A DNA stretch of 19,984 nt from Candidatus Thorarchaeota archaeon (lineage in GTDB: Archaea; Asgardarchaeota; Thorarchaeia; Thorarchaeales; Thorarchaeaceae). The position numbers and the translations under genes are program-made. Location: the NCBI GenBank assembly GCA_048882385.1, contig JBHLRQ010000039.1:2687-22670 (forward strand). Reading direction: 5' to 3'. This document shows positions 7,797 through 16,138 of the stretch, one piece after another. The notes below the pieces were generated by a model that was given only the letters and a program-made list of their open reading frames with translations, did not search any database and had not been told where the DNA came from. The stretch's first letter is position 1. Every line of letters begins with the position of its first letter.

Positions 7797-8342
7797 ATGA
7801 TGCCTCTCAACCCTGACCAAGCAGAGTCCCAATGGAGTATGCCAGCTCCCAAATATATCGTAGTATTCACAGTCATTCTAATAATGGGTGGAATAATCTC
7901 TGCGTGGTTAGCAGGATTGGGATATCTGCCACTGGATCCAGGAATGGTCTTCGGTATGAGCATTCTTCTAGCTACAATAATCATATGTTGCAGCTCAACA
8001 CTCATGATTGGTTCCTTTGCGCAAAAGGTACCTGAATACGGAGATTTGGAAATCAGGTTCGAAGAAGGAAAGATGCGATTTGATAATGAGGAATGGGAAT
8101 ACGCACTCGAGATATTCAAAACCCTTGCAGGTCCGAAGTTAGATCATAAAAGAGCTCTATACTATGGAGCAAGGTGCTATGAGGAATTGAGTGATTGGGA
8201 GAACATGAAGATATTCTGTAAAGCATATTTGGAAATGACACCCAAGGACAAAGAAGTCTGGGAGATGCTGAACCGTGCTCACAAAAGGCTCTTTGAGTAT
8301 GATGAAGCAGAAAAGGCTCTTGATAGAGCAAATGAGCTCTAA
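7797..8342 (+). CDS. Membrane protein with 2 N-terminal TM helices and a C-terminal TPR-like region
   Basis: Two hydrophobic helices (about aa 20-43 and 50-73), then TPR-like helices RFEEGKMRFDNEEWEYALEIF, ALYYGARCYEELSDWE and VWEMLNRAHKRLFEYDEAEKAL. Confidence 0.75.
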   Translation: MMPLNPDQAESQWSMPAPKYIVVFTVILIMGGIISAWLAGLGYLPLDPGMVFGMSILLATIIICCSSTLMIGSFAQKVPEYGDLEIRFEEGKMRFDNEEWEYALEIFKTLAGPKLDHKRALYYGARCYEELSDWENMKIFCKAYLEMTPKDKEVWEMLNRAHKRLFEYDEAEKALDRANEL

Positions 8343-8352
8343 TATATCAGCA

Positions 8353-9258
8353 CTATTTTTTCACAGCATTTCTTAGGTACCCAATCCGTTCGATGAATAA
8401 TTCAACTTGATCCCCAGGTTTTAAGAACTCGGGAGGTTCCCTTACAAAACCTACTCCAGAGGGTGTGCCAGTTGCTATGACATCTCCTGGTTCTAGTATG
8501 AAGGATTTTGAAAGAAAGGATACAATCTGGGGAACATTGAACATTAACTTCGATGTCGATGATTCTTGCTTGATAACATCATTTACCTTCGTACGCATCT
8601 TCAAATTTGATGCATCTCCTAACTCGTCCTGAGTTACGATGCAAGGTCCCATAGGACAGAAAGTATCCAGAGACTTCCCACGAATCCATTGTCCATCGTT
8701 CATCTGAAGGTCACGCGCGGACACATCATTAATCACAGTGTAGCCAGCAACATAATCGAGAGATTGCTTCTCAGGGACATCTTTGCATATTTTTCCAATC
8801 ACGACGCCAAGTTCTACTTCCCAATCAATCATCGATGACACCTGTGGAATCACTATTGGATCATCAGGTCCGATAACACTAGATGGAAACTTAGCAAAGA
8901 TGACAGGAAATTCAGGAACATCAGAGCTTGTTTCCTCCACATGATCTAGGTAGTTCTTGCCCAAGGCTACAATCTTTCCAGGACGAGGTATCGGAGCCTC
9001 AAGTATGACAGATTTACTCGGATGGGTCATCAATCGTTCTCCTTCAGGAGTACTTTCATACCTCTCAACAATTTGGTGTACAACATTGATTCCAGCAGGC
9101 CATTGAAGAAGATCAAGCATCGTTGTAGGGAAACTATGACCCCTCACATGATACTTTCTACCAAAATGAGAAGCAGCATCTGGGATGTCAAGTATTCCAT
9201 CGTCGAGCTCTACACCGATTGAGGGTACGCCCATCCTGGAATAGGTTACAAGTCGCAT
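8353..9258 (-). CDS. Fumarylacetoacetate hydrolase (FAH) family protein
   Basis: Motifs KIVALGKNYLDH, FAKFPSS, DWEVELGVVIGK, NDVSARDLQ, WIRGKSLDTFCPMGP and PGDVIATGTPSGVG. Confidence 0.93.
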   Translation of the reverse strand: MRLVTYSRMGVPSIGVELDDGILDIPDAASHFGRKYHVRGHSFPTTMLDLLQWPAGINVVHQIVERYESTPEGERLMTHPSKSVILEAPIPRPGKIVALGKNYLDHVEETSSDVPEFPVIFAKFPSSVIGPDDPIVIPQVSSMIDWEVELGVVIGKICKDVPEKQSLDYVAGYTVINDVSARDLQMNDGQWIRGKSLDTFCPMGPCIVTQDELGDASNLKMRTKVNDVIKQESSTSKLMFNVPQIVSFLSKSFILEPGDVIATGTPSGVGFVREPPEFLKPGDQVELFIERIGYLRNAVKK

Positions 9259-9322
9259 ATCGAGAAAAGGTATACCATCTCATTTATCCGTACTGGTGTC
9301 AAATCGAATTCTGGTGTAGCAT

Positions 9323-9646
9323 TTGAGTGACAATCCCACATTGGACGAACTACCTGATCGAGTGTTTGTTTCGCTTGGAAGAAGAGGAATGGAACCACTG
9401 CCCTTGAAGGAGTGTACGTACGATTGTGACGGAAAAGAATTGAACCTGATAGAAGTTCACAAAGATCCGGTAGGTGGAAAAGGACTCGAAGAAGTTGAAG
9501 AGAATTGGTTAGTTGAATGCACTAAATGTAATAGACGGTTTACAATTCAGTGCATAGTACGATATAATGATGGAGAAAGAATAGATACAAGAGTGAATTT
9601 GATAGACGATACAGGAAAGAATCTTGGTTGGTTAGGAAGCTATTAG
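9323..9646 (+). CDS. Hypothetical small protein with CxxxC and CxxC pairs (putative Zn ribbon)
   Basis: 107 aa with ECTYDC and ECTKC. TTG start preceded by GGTG. Ends 10 bp before the leuB-like gene. Confidence 0.7.
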   Translation: MSDNPTLDELPDRVFVSLGRRGMEPLPLKECTYDCDGKELNLIEVHKDPVGGKGLEEVEENWLVECTKCNRRFTIQCIVRYNDGERIDTRVNLIDDTGKNLGWLGSY

Positions 9647-9656
9647 GTGAAGCAGA

Positions 9657-10796
9657 GTGGCCCGAAAGTACAAGATTGCAGTTCTTCCAGGTGATGGAAT
9701 AGGAAGAGAGGTCATTCCTGAGGCTGTACAGGTCTTGAACGAAGCGGCTTCTGTTGAAGGCTTGAATCTTGAAATGCATGAATTCGAATGTGGGGGACAA
9801 TACTACCTCAAGAATAAGAGAGAATGGTCTGAAGAGGCTGAAATGTTCACAAAGACCGAAGCTGACGCCATCTTACTAGGCGGCGTTGGAGCAATGGACT
9901 CAGTTGGCAATATGGTCAGATTGTCAGATGGAAATATGGCAGGATACAATATCGTAATTGGACTGAGACAAGAACTTGAACTCTATGCCAATGTCAGACC
10001 AGTGAAATTGTTCAGCGGTGTTCCATCGCCCCTAGCTAATAAGGAACCAAAGGATATTGACATGGTGATTGTGCGAGAAAACACTGAAGGGCTCTATACT
10101 CCTGCAAGGGGAAGAGTTTCAGAATCTGATAGAAATTTGGCATTCGACCTTCGATTAATCACAGCAGAGGCCTCAGAACGTATTTCTAGATATGCATTTG
10201 AGCTTGCCATGAAGCGGGATGGTGCTCCAATTGATGGCAAAAAGCGAGTCACATGTGTTGACAAGAGTAACCTTCTTGCAGGCTGCAAGCTATTCAGAGA
10301 ATCATTTGACAAAATTGGTTCTGAATTCAAGACAGTTTCCAAGGATTATGCATATGTTGACGCGTGGACACTCTTGGCTCTAAGACAGCCAGAATTCTAT
10401 GATGTTGTTGTAGCACCGAACGAATTTGGTGATATCATCAGCGATCTAGGAGGAGGAATTCAAGGAGGCTTGGGTGTCGCGCCTTCAGGAAATATCGGAG
10501 ATAATCATGGTATGTTTGAGCCCGTACATGGCTCCGCACCAGATATTGCAGGAACAGGAAAAGCAAATCCAATTGCAGCTATTCTTTCAGCATCTATGAT
10601 GTTGGAATGGCTGGGAAATAGATCAAATGATAGAGGTCCAGTCGAAGCAGCCAATTTGATTAGAAATTCCGTTGAAGAAGTACTTCATGAAGGGCAGGTT
10701 CGTACGAACGATTTATGTCTTGGAAGATGGGAGAAAGTTAAGCCATCGACAACTCTTGAAGTTGCAGTAGCAGTCATCAAGAGAATGATGAGGTGA
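9657..10796 (+). CDS. Isocitrate/isopropylmalate dehydrogenase family beta-decarboxylating dehydrogenase (LeuB, homoisocitrate or tartrate/D-malate type)
   Basis: Motifs [45 protein letters not shown] and [19 protein letters not shown] start with a GGTGA SD. Confidence 0.93.
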   Translation: MARKYKIAVLPGDGIGREVIPEAVQVLNEAASVEGLNLEMHEFECGGQYYLKNKREWSEEAEMFTKTEADAILLGGVGAMDSVGNMVRLSDGNMAGYNIVIGLRQELELYANVRPVKLFSGVPSPLANKEPKDIDMVIVRENTEGLYTPARGRVSESDRNLAFDLRLITAEASERISRYAFELAMKRDGAPIDGKKRVTCVDKSNLLAGCKLFRESFDKIGSEFKTVSKDYAYVDAWTLLALRQPEFYDVVVAPNEFGDIISDLGGGIQGGLGVAPSGNIGDNHGMFEPVHGSAPDIAGTGKANPIAAILSASMMLEWLGNRSNDRGPVEAANLIRNSVEEVLHEGQVRTNDLCLGRWEKVKPSTTLEVAVAVIKRMMR

Positions 10797-10800
10797 GAGG

Positions 10801-12066
10801 TTGGGAAAAACTTTAGCTGAGAAGATACTGGCAAGCCACACCAACGACGGGAAAGCTAGTGCTGGGGAAATAATTGAAGCACGTATCGATCTTCTAATGG
10901 TGCATGAAGTTCTGGGATCGAGAATAATGCCTATTCTAAATGAAATGGGTTTTAAGAAAGTCTGGAATCCAAACAGAGTTCTTGTCGTCAACGATCATTG
11001 GGCACCTGCTTCAGACATTAATGCAGCCGAAATTCACAGAAGAAACAGGAATTTCGTAAAAGAACAAGGCATCACAAACTTCTGTGATGTGGACTGTGGA
11101 ATATCACACCAAGTTCTCCCTGAGAGAGGTTTGGTTGTTCCTGGAGCGCTAATAGTTGGTAGTGATTCGCATTCAACAACATATGGAGCATTCAATGCCT
11201 TTTCAACAGGGCTAGCAGCCACTGACTCAGCATTGATTCTAGCTACTGGAGAGTGCTGGTTCAGAGTGCCAGAAACTCTCAAGATCGTCGTGGTTGGCGA
11301 ACTACCAAATCGGGTCATGAGTAAAGATCTGATACTCAAGATAATCAGCGAGTTGGGGCCTGATGGAGCGAACTACCAGTCCATGGAGTTCCAGGGCTCA
11401 ACCATCAATTCCATGAGTGTTGGCGAAAGAATGACTATGTGCAACATGACTGTGGAGGCAGGAGCGAAATGTGCTCCAATGCCTATCAATCAAAATGTCA
11501 GGTTCTGGATGGAAGATTATGCTCCAAGAAAGAAATGGAAGGAAGTTACAATTGATTCTGATGCTGAGTACGCAGATGAACGTAAGTATGACCTCTCTGA
11601 TGAACCACTGGAACCAATAGTTGCTCCTCCAGATCTTCCCACAAATGGAAAACCTGTCGCTGAGGTTGCAGGAGTCCCAGTTGATCAAGCATTCATAGGT
11701 TCCTGTACAAATGGAAGGATAGGGGACTTGATAACTGCTGCAGAGATTCTGAAAGGCAGAAAGGTGCACGATGGAGTTCGGCTCATTATAACTCCAGCAA
11801 GTAAAGCAACATTCATGGAGGCTTTGGAGAGGGGAATAATCAAGATTCTAATGGATGCAGGAGGGATCGTCACAAACTCCACATGTGGAGCTTGTGTGGG
11901 CGGGCATCTAGGAGTCCTCGGGGCAGGAGAAGTGTGCATTTCAAGTACAAATCGCAATTTTAGAGGACGCATGGGACATCAGGACTCACGAATCTATCTT
12001 GCATCTCCTGCAACAGTAGCTGCGAGCGCTCTCAAGGGCGTAATAACAGACCCACGGAGTGTGTGA
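10801..12066 (+). CDS. leuC: 3-isopropylmalate dehydratase/homoaconitase family large subunit
   Basis: Motifs TLAEKIL, NDHWAP, GISHQV and GSDSHSTTYGA, the [4Fe-4S] Cys motifs GSCTNGR and CGACVG, and STNRNFRGRMG..YLASP. Whether this is LeuC or HacA is not resolved. Confidence 0.9.
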   Translation: MGKTLAEKILASHTNDGKASAGEIIEARIDLLMVHEVLGSRIMPILNEMGFKKVWNPNRVLVVNDHWAPASDINAAEIHRRNRNFVKEQGITNFCDVDCGISHQVLPERGLVVPGALIVGSDSHSTTYGAFNAFSTGLAATDSALILATGECWFRVPETLKIVVVGELPNRVMSKDLILKIISELGPDGANYQSMEFQGSTINSMSVGERMTMCNMTVEAGAKCAPMPINQNVRFWMEDYAPRKKWKEVTIDSDAEYADERKYDLSDEPLEPIVAPPDLPTNGKPVAEVAGVPVDQAFIGSCTNGRIGDLITAAEILKGRKVHDGVRLIITPASKATFMEALERGIIKILMDAGGIVTNSTCGACVGGHLGVLGAGEVCISSTNRNFRGRMGHQDSRIYLASPATVAASALKGVITDPRSV

Positions 12067-12069
12067 ATA

Positions 12070-12573
12070 ATGCCTAAAGACTTTGGGAACATAACTGGTC
12101 GCGCCTGGGTTTTCGGAAACAACATCAATACGGACCAGATAATCCAAGGGCAGTATCTCACCCTACTTGACTACAATGAGATGGCGAAACATACATTCGA
12201 AATCCCAAGACCAGTCTTTGCGTCAAAGGTGAAAGAAAACGATATCGTGATTGCGGGACGTAATTTCGGGGGCGGATCATCTCGAGAGGAAGCTCCAAAG
12301 GTCCTTTTGCATAGTGGCGTGGGCTGCGTTGTCGCAGAGTCTTTCGCACGGATATTCTATAGAAATTCATTCAATGTCGGTCTCCCTCTTATGATAATCC
12401 GAAACATCGGGAAATTGGTCAAGGATGGCAAAATAGTGACAGTGGATCTCTGGAAAGGCACACTATCAATAAAGGGTGATGGAGCTGTCTTGCATGGTCA
12501 ACCACTTCCTGAAAAAATGGTAGAAATACTTCGTGCAGGTGGGGCAGTTCCCTGGTTCAAAAAGCATTATTGA
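12070..12573 (+). CDS. leuD: 3-isopropylmalate dehydratase/homoaconitase family small subunit
   Basis: Motifs GRAWVFGNNINTDQII, AGRNFGGGSSRE, AESFARIFYRNSFNVGL and ILRAGG. Follows leuC after 3 bp. Confidence 0.9.
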   Translation: MPKDFGNITGRAWVFGNNINTDQIIQGQYLTLLDYNEMAKHTFEIPRPVFASKVKENDIVIAGRNFGGGSSREEAPKVLLHSGVGCVVAESFARIFYRNSFNVGLPLMIIRNIGKLVKDGKIVTVDLWKGTLSIKGDGAVLHGQPLPEKMVEILRAGGAVPWFKKHY

Positions 12574-12656
12574 TGGGCTGACGTTAAACCGGTTGGAAAA
12601 CACTAAAAGGAGTAACGCTGACAATCGTTCAGATATTTTCTTTGTGAGGAAACTGG

Positions 12657-14441
12657 ATGAACGTAATCGTCTTTTTACTAATCAGTTTGGTACTTCATGC
12701 AATACCTATTCCTTTCAGGAGTAGTATGCTTAGACCAAATAATCTCATCAGATGGCTACCGTTACGTCTTATTTGGGGAACAGTTGCATGGGTAGTCATC
12801 TGTCTTGTGATGGTTTCAACTCTTCCGTGGGCTCTACTTTCACTAGTACTCAGCCTTGGAGCACTATTGGTCTTCTCAAGTGGATTTCGTGGAGGAGCTA
12901 TTGAAGAGGTACTTCAAGGAATTCGCGTTCCACTTACCTGTGTTGGATTACTAATTATTATTCTGATACCAACATTCTCAGGTTTCATCAGCTGGACTGC
13001 AGATGTTTCCAATGCACAATACTTTGATAGTAAAATCATCGAAACTGACGAAGATTTGTTCAACACATCAATTCCTGACAATATGGTCCGGTTAGTTACA
13101 GAGGAGTACGCAATCTATGTTGCGCGTCAACATCTCTCACCTTTTGGGTCCAACGTATACGTAGCAGCGGCACATATCACAACTAAGAATGATAAGCTAG
13201 TATGGGTGTGTACTATTGTATCAACCAATGTACTGGCTGAAAATTTCATCAAAGGATTCATTGTAGTTGATGCGAATGATCCGCAATCGGAAACTCCCGA
13301 GCTAATTCAAGAAACGACAATACCAGTTGGAGAGGGTCTGTTCTGGGATCGCAACATTCAGTTTGGAAACTATTTGAACGATATGACAGCAAGCTATCAG
13401 TACGCATATCCTACATGGGACCCATCAGGAGACATGGTATATGTCCAGACTAGAACTCCACTTGGATTTGACTTTGTAGAGCGAGCTATTGGTCCTATAA
13501 TCTATTATGAGAATGGCTCAATATTTAGCTATGCTACTATCGAGGAAACGCCAGATTGGGTAACGCAAGCTTATGGAGAGGAGTACCTAGAACGTCAGAT
13601 CTCAAGATGGGGCGGATACCGACGTGGAGAGGGATTTGACCTCTTTGCTGGAGGTCTGCTCTGGTTTATTCCTCCATCAAACAATCGATTGGAGATTCAC
13701 GAGGACACTCGATACATCATTAATCCTGATACAAATAGAGTTGAAGCATTCATAGCTGTCCATCCTGTTACTGCAACGAGAACACTTGCAGGTGTATTCA
13801 GAGCAACGAAGGATGCAGTCTATTATCATGACCTTAGTGAAGAAGGGTATGTTAGCGGAGATGCTGCTGCAGCGAATGTAGTCGCAGATATTGGTGCTCC
13901 AGCTAGTGGAGTCTATTATGGAGCGATGCCATTACTCTATCCGGTCGTGATAAACTCTACCTTGACAAAATGGACGTGGTATGCTCCTATATACTGGGCG
14001 GATTATGTCTATGACGCAGATCTTGATACATACACTGCCACTAACATGCGACTTCACGCATTGGGTCTTGTTGATGCATCAAACATCGATCGATTTGTTT
14101 GGCAACCACTTGGAGGAACTATCTCAGGAGAAGAGTTGGTTCATGCTGTACGATCTGAATATGTGGCACTCTTCGGAGGTTCAATTGAACCCGAACCAGC
14201 AGGGACTTTCAATATGACAGCAACTGTAGTCAACAAGACATCGTATGTTGACAGTGGTGACACACACATTGTGCTAAAGACTGACAATGCCACATATCCG
14301 TTCATCGAAGGAGCTCGAGATTGGATGAATTTGACAGATTGGTACACACTGCTGAACGATATTGGAGTTGGTGATAACTTCACAGCTACACTCCAGATTT
14401 TAGGTGATATGTTCAGAATCATTGCAATATTCAAGAATTAA
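12657..14441 (+). CDS. Uncharacterised membrane-anchored protein (about 4 N-terminal TM helices plus a large extracytoplasmic region)
   Basis: 594-aa ORF with a hydrophobic N-terminal ~110 aa followed by a beta-rich soluble region carrying 8 N-X-S/T sequons. GAGG lies upstream of the ATG. Confidence 0.8.
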   Translation: MNVIVFLLISLVLHAIPIPFRSSMLRPNNLIRWLPLRLIWGTVAWVVICLVMVSTLPWALLSLVLSLGALLVFSSGFRGGAIEEVLQGIRVPLTCVGLLIIILIPTFSGFISWTADVSNAQYFDSKIIETDEDLFNTSIPDNMVRLVTEEYAIYVARQHLSPFGSNVYVAAAHITTKNDKLVWVCTIVSTNVLAENFIKGFIVVDANDPQSETPELIQETTIPVGEGLFWDRNIQFGNYLNDMTASYQYAYPTWDPSGDMVYVQTRTPLGFDFVERAIGPIIYYENGSIFSYATIEETPDWVTQAYGEEYLERQISRWGGYRRGEGFDLFAGGLLWFIPPSNNRLEIHEDTRYIINPDTNRVEAFIAVHPVTATRTLAGVFRATKDAVYYHDLSEEGYVSGDAAAANVVADIGAPASGVYYGAMPLLYPVVINSTLTKWTWYAPIYWADYVYDADLDTYTATNMRLHALGLVDASNIDRFVWQPLGGTISGEELVHAVRSEYVALFGGSIEPEPAGTFNMTATVVNKTSYVDSGDTHIVLKTDNATYPFIEGARDWMNLTDWYTLLNDIGVGDNFTATLQILGDMFRIIAIFKN

Positions 14442-14445
14442 TTTA

Positions 14446-14477
14446 GGGAAGGGTAACCGCCCCTCCCATTCTTTTTT
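14446..14477 (+). terminator. Stem-loop plus T-tract terminator between convergent genes
   Basis: GGGAAGGG-TAACCG-CCCCTCCC (one mismatch) followed by ATTCTTTTTT, immediately after the 14441 stop. Confidence 0.6.
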
Positions 14478-14487
14478 CAGAATGAAC

Positions 14488-15657
14488 TTACATAGGGAAG
14501 AAATCCTTGAAGATTTCTCTTTGAATCAAGAATCGTAGAATCTCTGCTGTTCCACCGCCAATTGTCATTAGACGTGCGTCTCTCATAAACCTCTCAACAG
14601 GATAGTCAGTGGTATAACCCATACCACCCAATATCTGAATTGCGTCATTTGTGATTTGAACTGCGGCCTCAGTTGTAAACAGCTTGGCGATTGATGCTTG
14701 TTTAGTAATCTGTTCACCACGGTCATACATTCTTGCTGCTGTGAGTGTCAGCGCACGTCCTGCTTCGAGTTTCATATACATATCAGACAGTTTGAAACTA
14801 ATACCTTCGAATGCACGAATAGGTCGGCCAAATTGGTGACGCTCGTTTGCATATTTAACAGCAATCTCATATGGAGTTCGAGCGTATCCAATTGCCTCTC
14901 CAGCAATAGCAGTTCGTTCACTGTCAAGCTCATCCATGAGAATGTGAAATCCCTCTCCAGGCTTTCCAAGCAACATGTCTCCTGGAACTCTAACATCTTC
15001 AAGTTTAAGCCATGAAACTCTAGCAGATTTCATTCCTAGTAGTTCATGGTCTTGTACAACAGTGAATCCATCCGCGTTTGTATCGACAATGAAAGCGGAC
15101 ATTCCATGTTTTGATTTGACATTTGGGTCAGTGATAGCAAATGCACACATGAAATCAGCTTGACTACCATTTGTAATGAACCGCTTCTCCCCATTGAGAA
15201 TCCAATCATCCCCATCTTTTACAGCGGTTGTCTTCATCCCTGCTGTGTCACTTCCAACATCCGGTTCTGTGATTCCGATACAACCAATTTTGTCGCCTGA
15301 AACTACTGGTTTCAGATACTTCTTCTTCTGCTCAGGTGTTCCAAAACGAGTGAGCGGCATACCGTAGAGAGTCGTGGAGGCCATTCTTGCCATATCGAGA
15401 CCACCATTGACAGCAGAGATCTCTTCAGCAACAATGATTTCATATGAAAGGCCACGCTCAGTTCCGCCTACAGATTTGTCATGGTGAACTCCCATGTACC
15501 CTGCTTTCCCAATTTTACTCAGTAACTCCCTCGGATACGGACCTTTGTCAATCTCATCAGCAATCGGTGCTATCTCTTTTGCACAGAACTCTTGAACCTC
15601 TTTCCTGAAAGCAATCTCATCATCAGTCCATAGTACATTTGCAAGATAGTCAACCAT
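14488..15657 (-). CDS. Acyl-CoA dehydrogenase (isovaleryl-CoA/LCAD-type catalytic Glu placement)
   Basis: Motifs GITEPDVGSD, LNGEKRFITNG, RHQFGRPI, QILGGMGY..DYPVERFMRDAR and IGGGT. The track starts at 15687; ATG 15657 (MVDYLANVLW) is likelier. Confidence 0.93.
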   Translation of the reverse strand: MVDYLANVLWTDDEIAFRKEVQEFCAKEIAPIADEIDKGPYPRELLSKIGKAGYMGVHHDKSVGGTERGLSYEIIVAEEISAVNGGLDMARMASTTLYGMPLTRFGTPEQKKKYLKPVVSGDKIGCIGITEPDVGSDTAGMKTTAVKDGDDWILNGEKRFITNGSQADFMCAFAITDPNVKSKHGMSAFIVDTNADGFTVVQDHELLGMKSARVSWLKLEDVRVPGDMLLGKPGEGFHILMDELDSERTAIAGEAIGYARTPYEIAVKYANERHQFGRPIRAFEGISFKLSDMYMKLEAGRALTLTAARMYDRGEQITKQASIAKLFTTEAAVQITNDAIQILGGMGYTTDYPVERFMRDARLMTIGGGTAEILRFLIQREIFKDFFPM

Positions 15658-15721
15658 CTTTGAAACCCAGGTTTGGGAGGAGAACACTTGCTTAAATCAA
15701 TTGGTGCCAATGCATGAGTTT

Positions 15722-16051
15722 TCACTTAATAGGATGATATTGAAAACGACCATCAGAATCAATCGTAATCTCAACATGGTCACCGATTTTGACAAGAGAG
15801 TCTTTGTTTCTAGCCAAACAAAGAATCAAAGCGCGATATTCAAGCTCAACAAGAGCCATCATGAGAGGGGCTTCAAATCCTTCAGGGGGCATCATAAGAG
15901 TAGTATAACTTAGAACTATTCCTTCATTGTGTAATTCCTGGATTTCCATGGAGCCTGCGTTTATTCCACAATAAGGACAGGTATTCCTTGGAGGAACAAT
16001 CACCCTTCCGCATTTCTTGCAGAAAGAGCCTTCTATTGCCAATCCAGACAT
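15722..16051 (-). CDS. DUF35-family Zn-ribbon/OB-fold protein
   Basis: CKKCG....PPR..CPYC followed by G.VLSYT...PP.GF..P..ALVEL and IGD.V, the typical DUF35_N plus OB_aCoA_assoc pattern. Confidence 0.88.
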   Translation of the reverse strand: MSGLAIEGSFCKKCGRVIVPPRNTCPYCGINAGSMEIQELHNEGIVLSYTTLMMPPEGFEAPLMMALVELEYRALILCLARNKDSLVKIGDHVEITIDSDGRFQYHPIK

Positions 16052-16100
16052 GATGTAGATGTCCTGTTCGTTCCTGATGAAAAGGTTTTGTACTCGCTTG

Positions 16101-16126
16101 AGGGAGGCGAAAATACTTGGCTCCCT
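16101..16126 (-). terminator. Possible hairpin downstream of the surface-protein stop
   Basis: AGGGAG 16101-06/CTCCCT 16121-26 inverted repeat, 12 bp past the stop. There is no adjacent strong T-tract. Confidence 0.3.
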
Positions 16127-16138
16127 TGTGGTATTACT

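Noticed and set aside
9323-9646. LysW-like amino-group carrier protein
   Set aside because: It is about twice the usual length and lacks the C-terminal EDWGE motif.
10794-12069. Selenocysteine or readthrough at the TGA stops of the leuB-like and leuC genes
   Set aside because: Both proteins are complete at their family-typical C-termini. leuB to leuC is out of frame. leuC TGA-ATA-ATG is in frame with leuD, but no SECIS-like element is evident and separate subunits are the norm.
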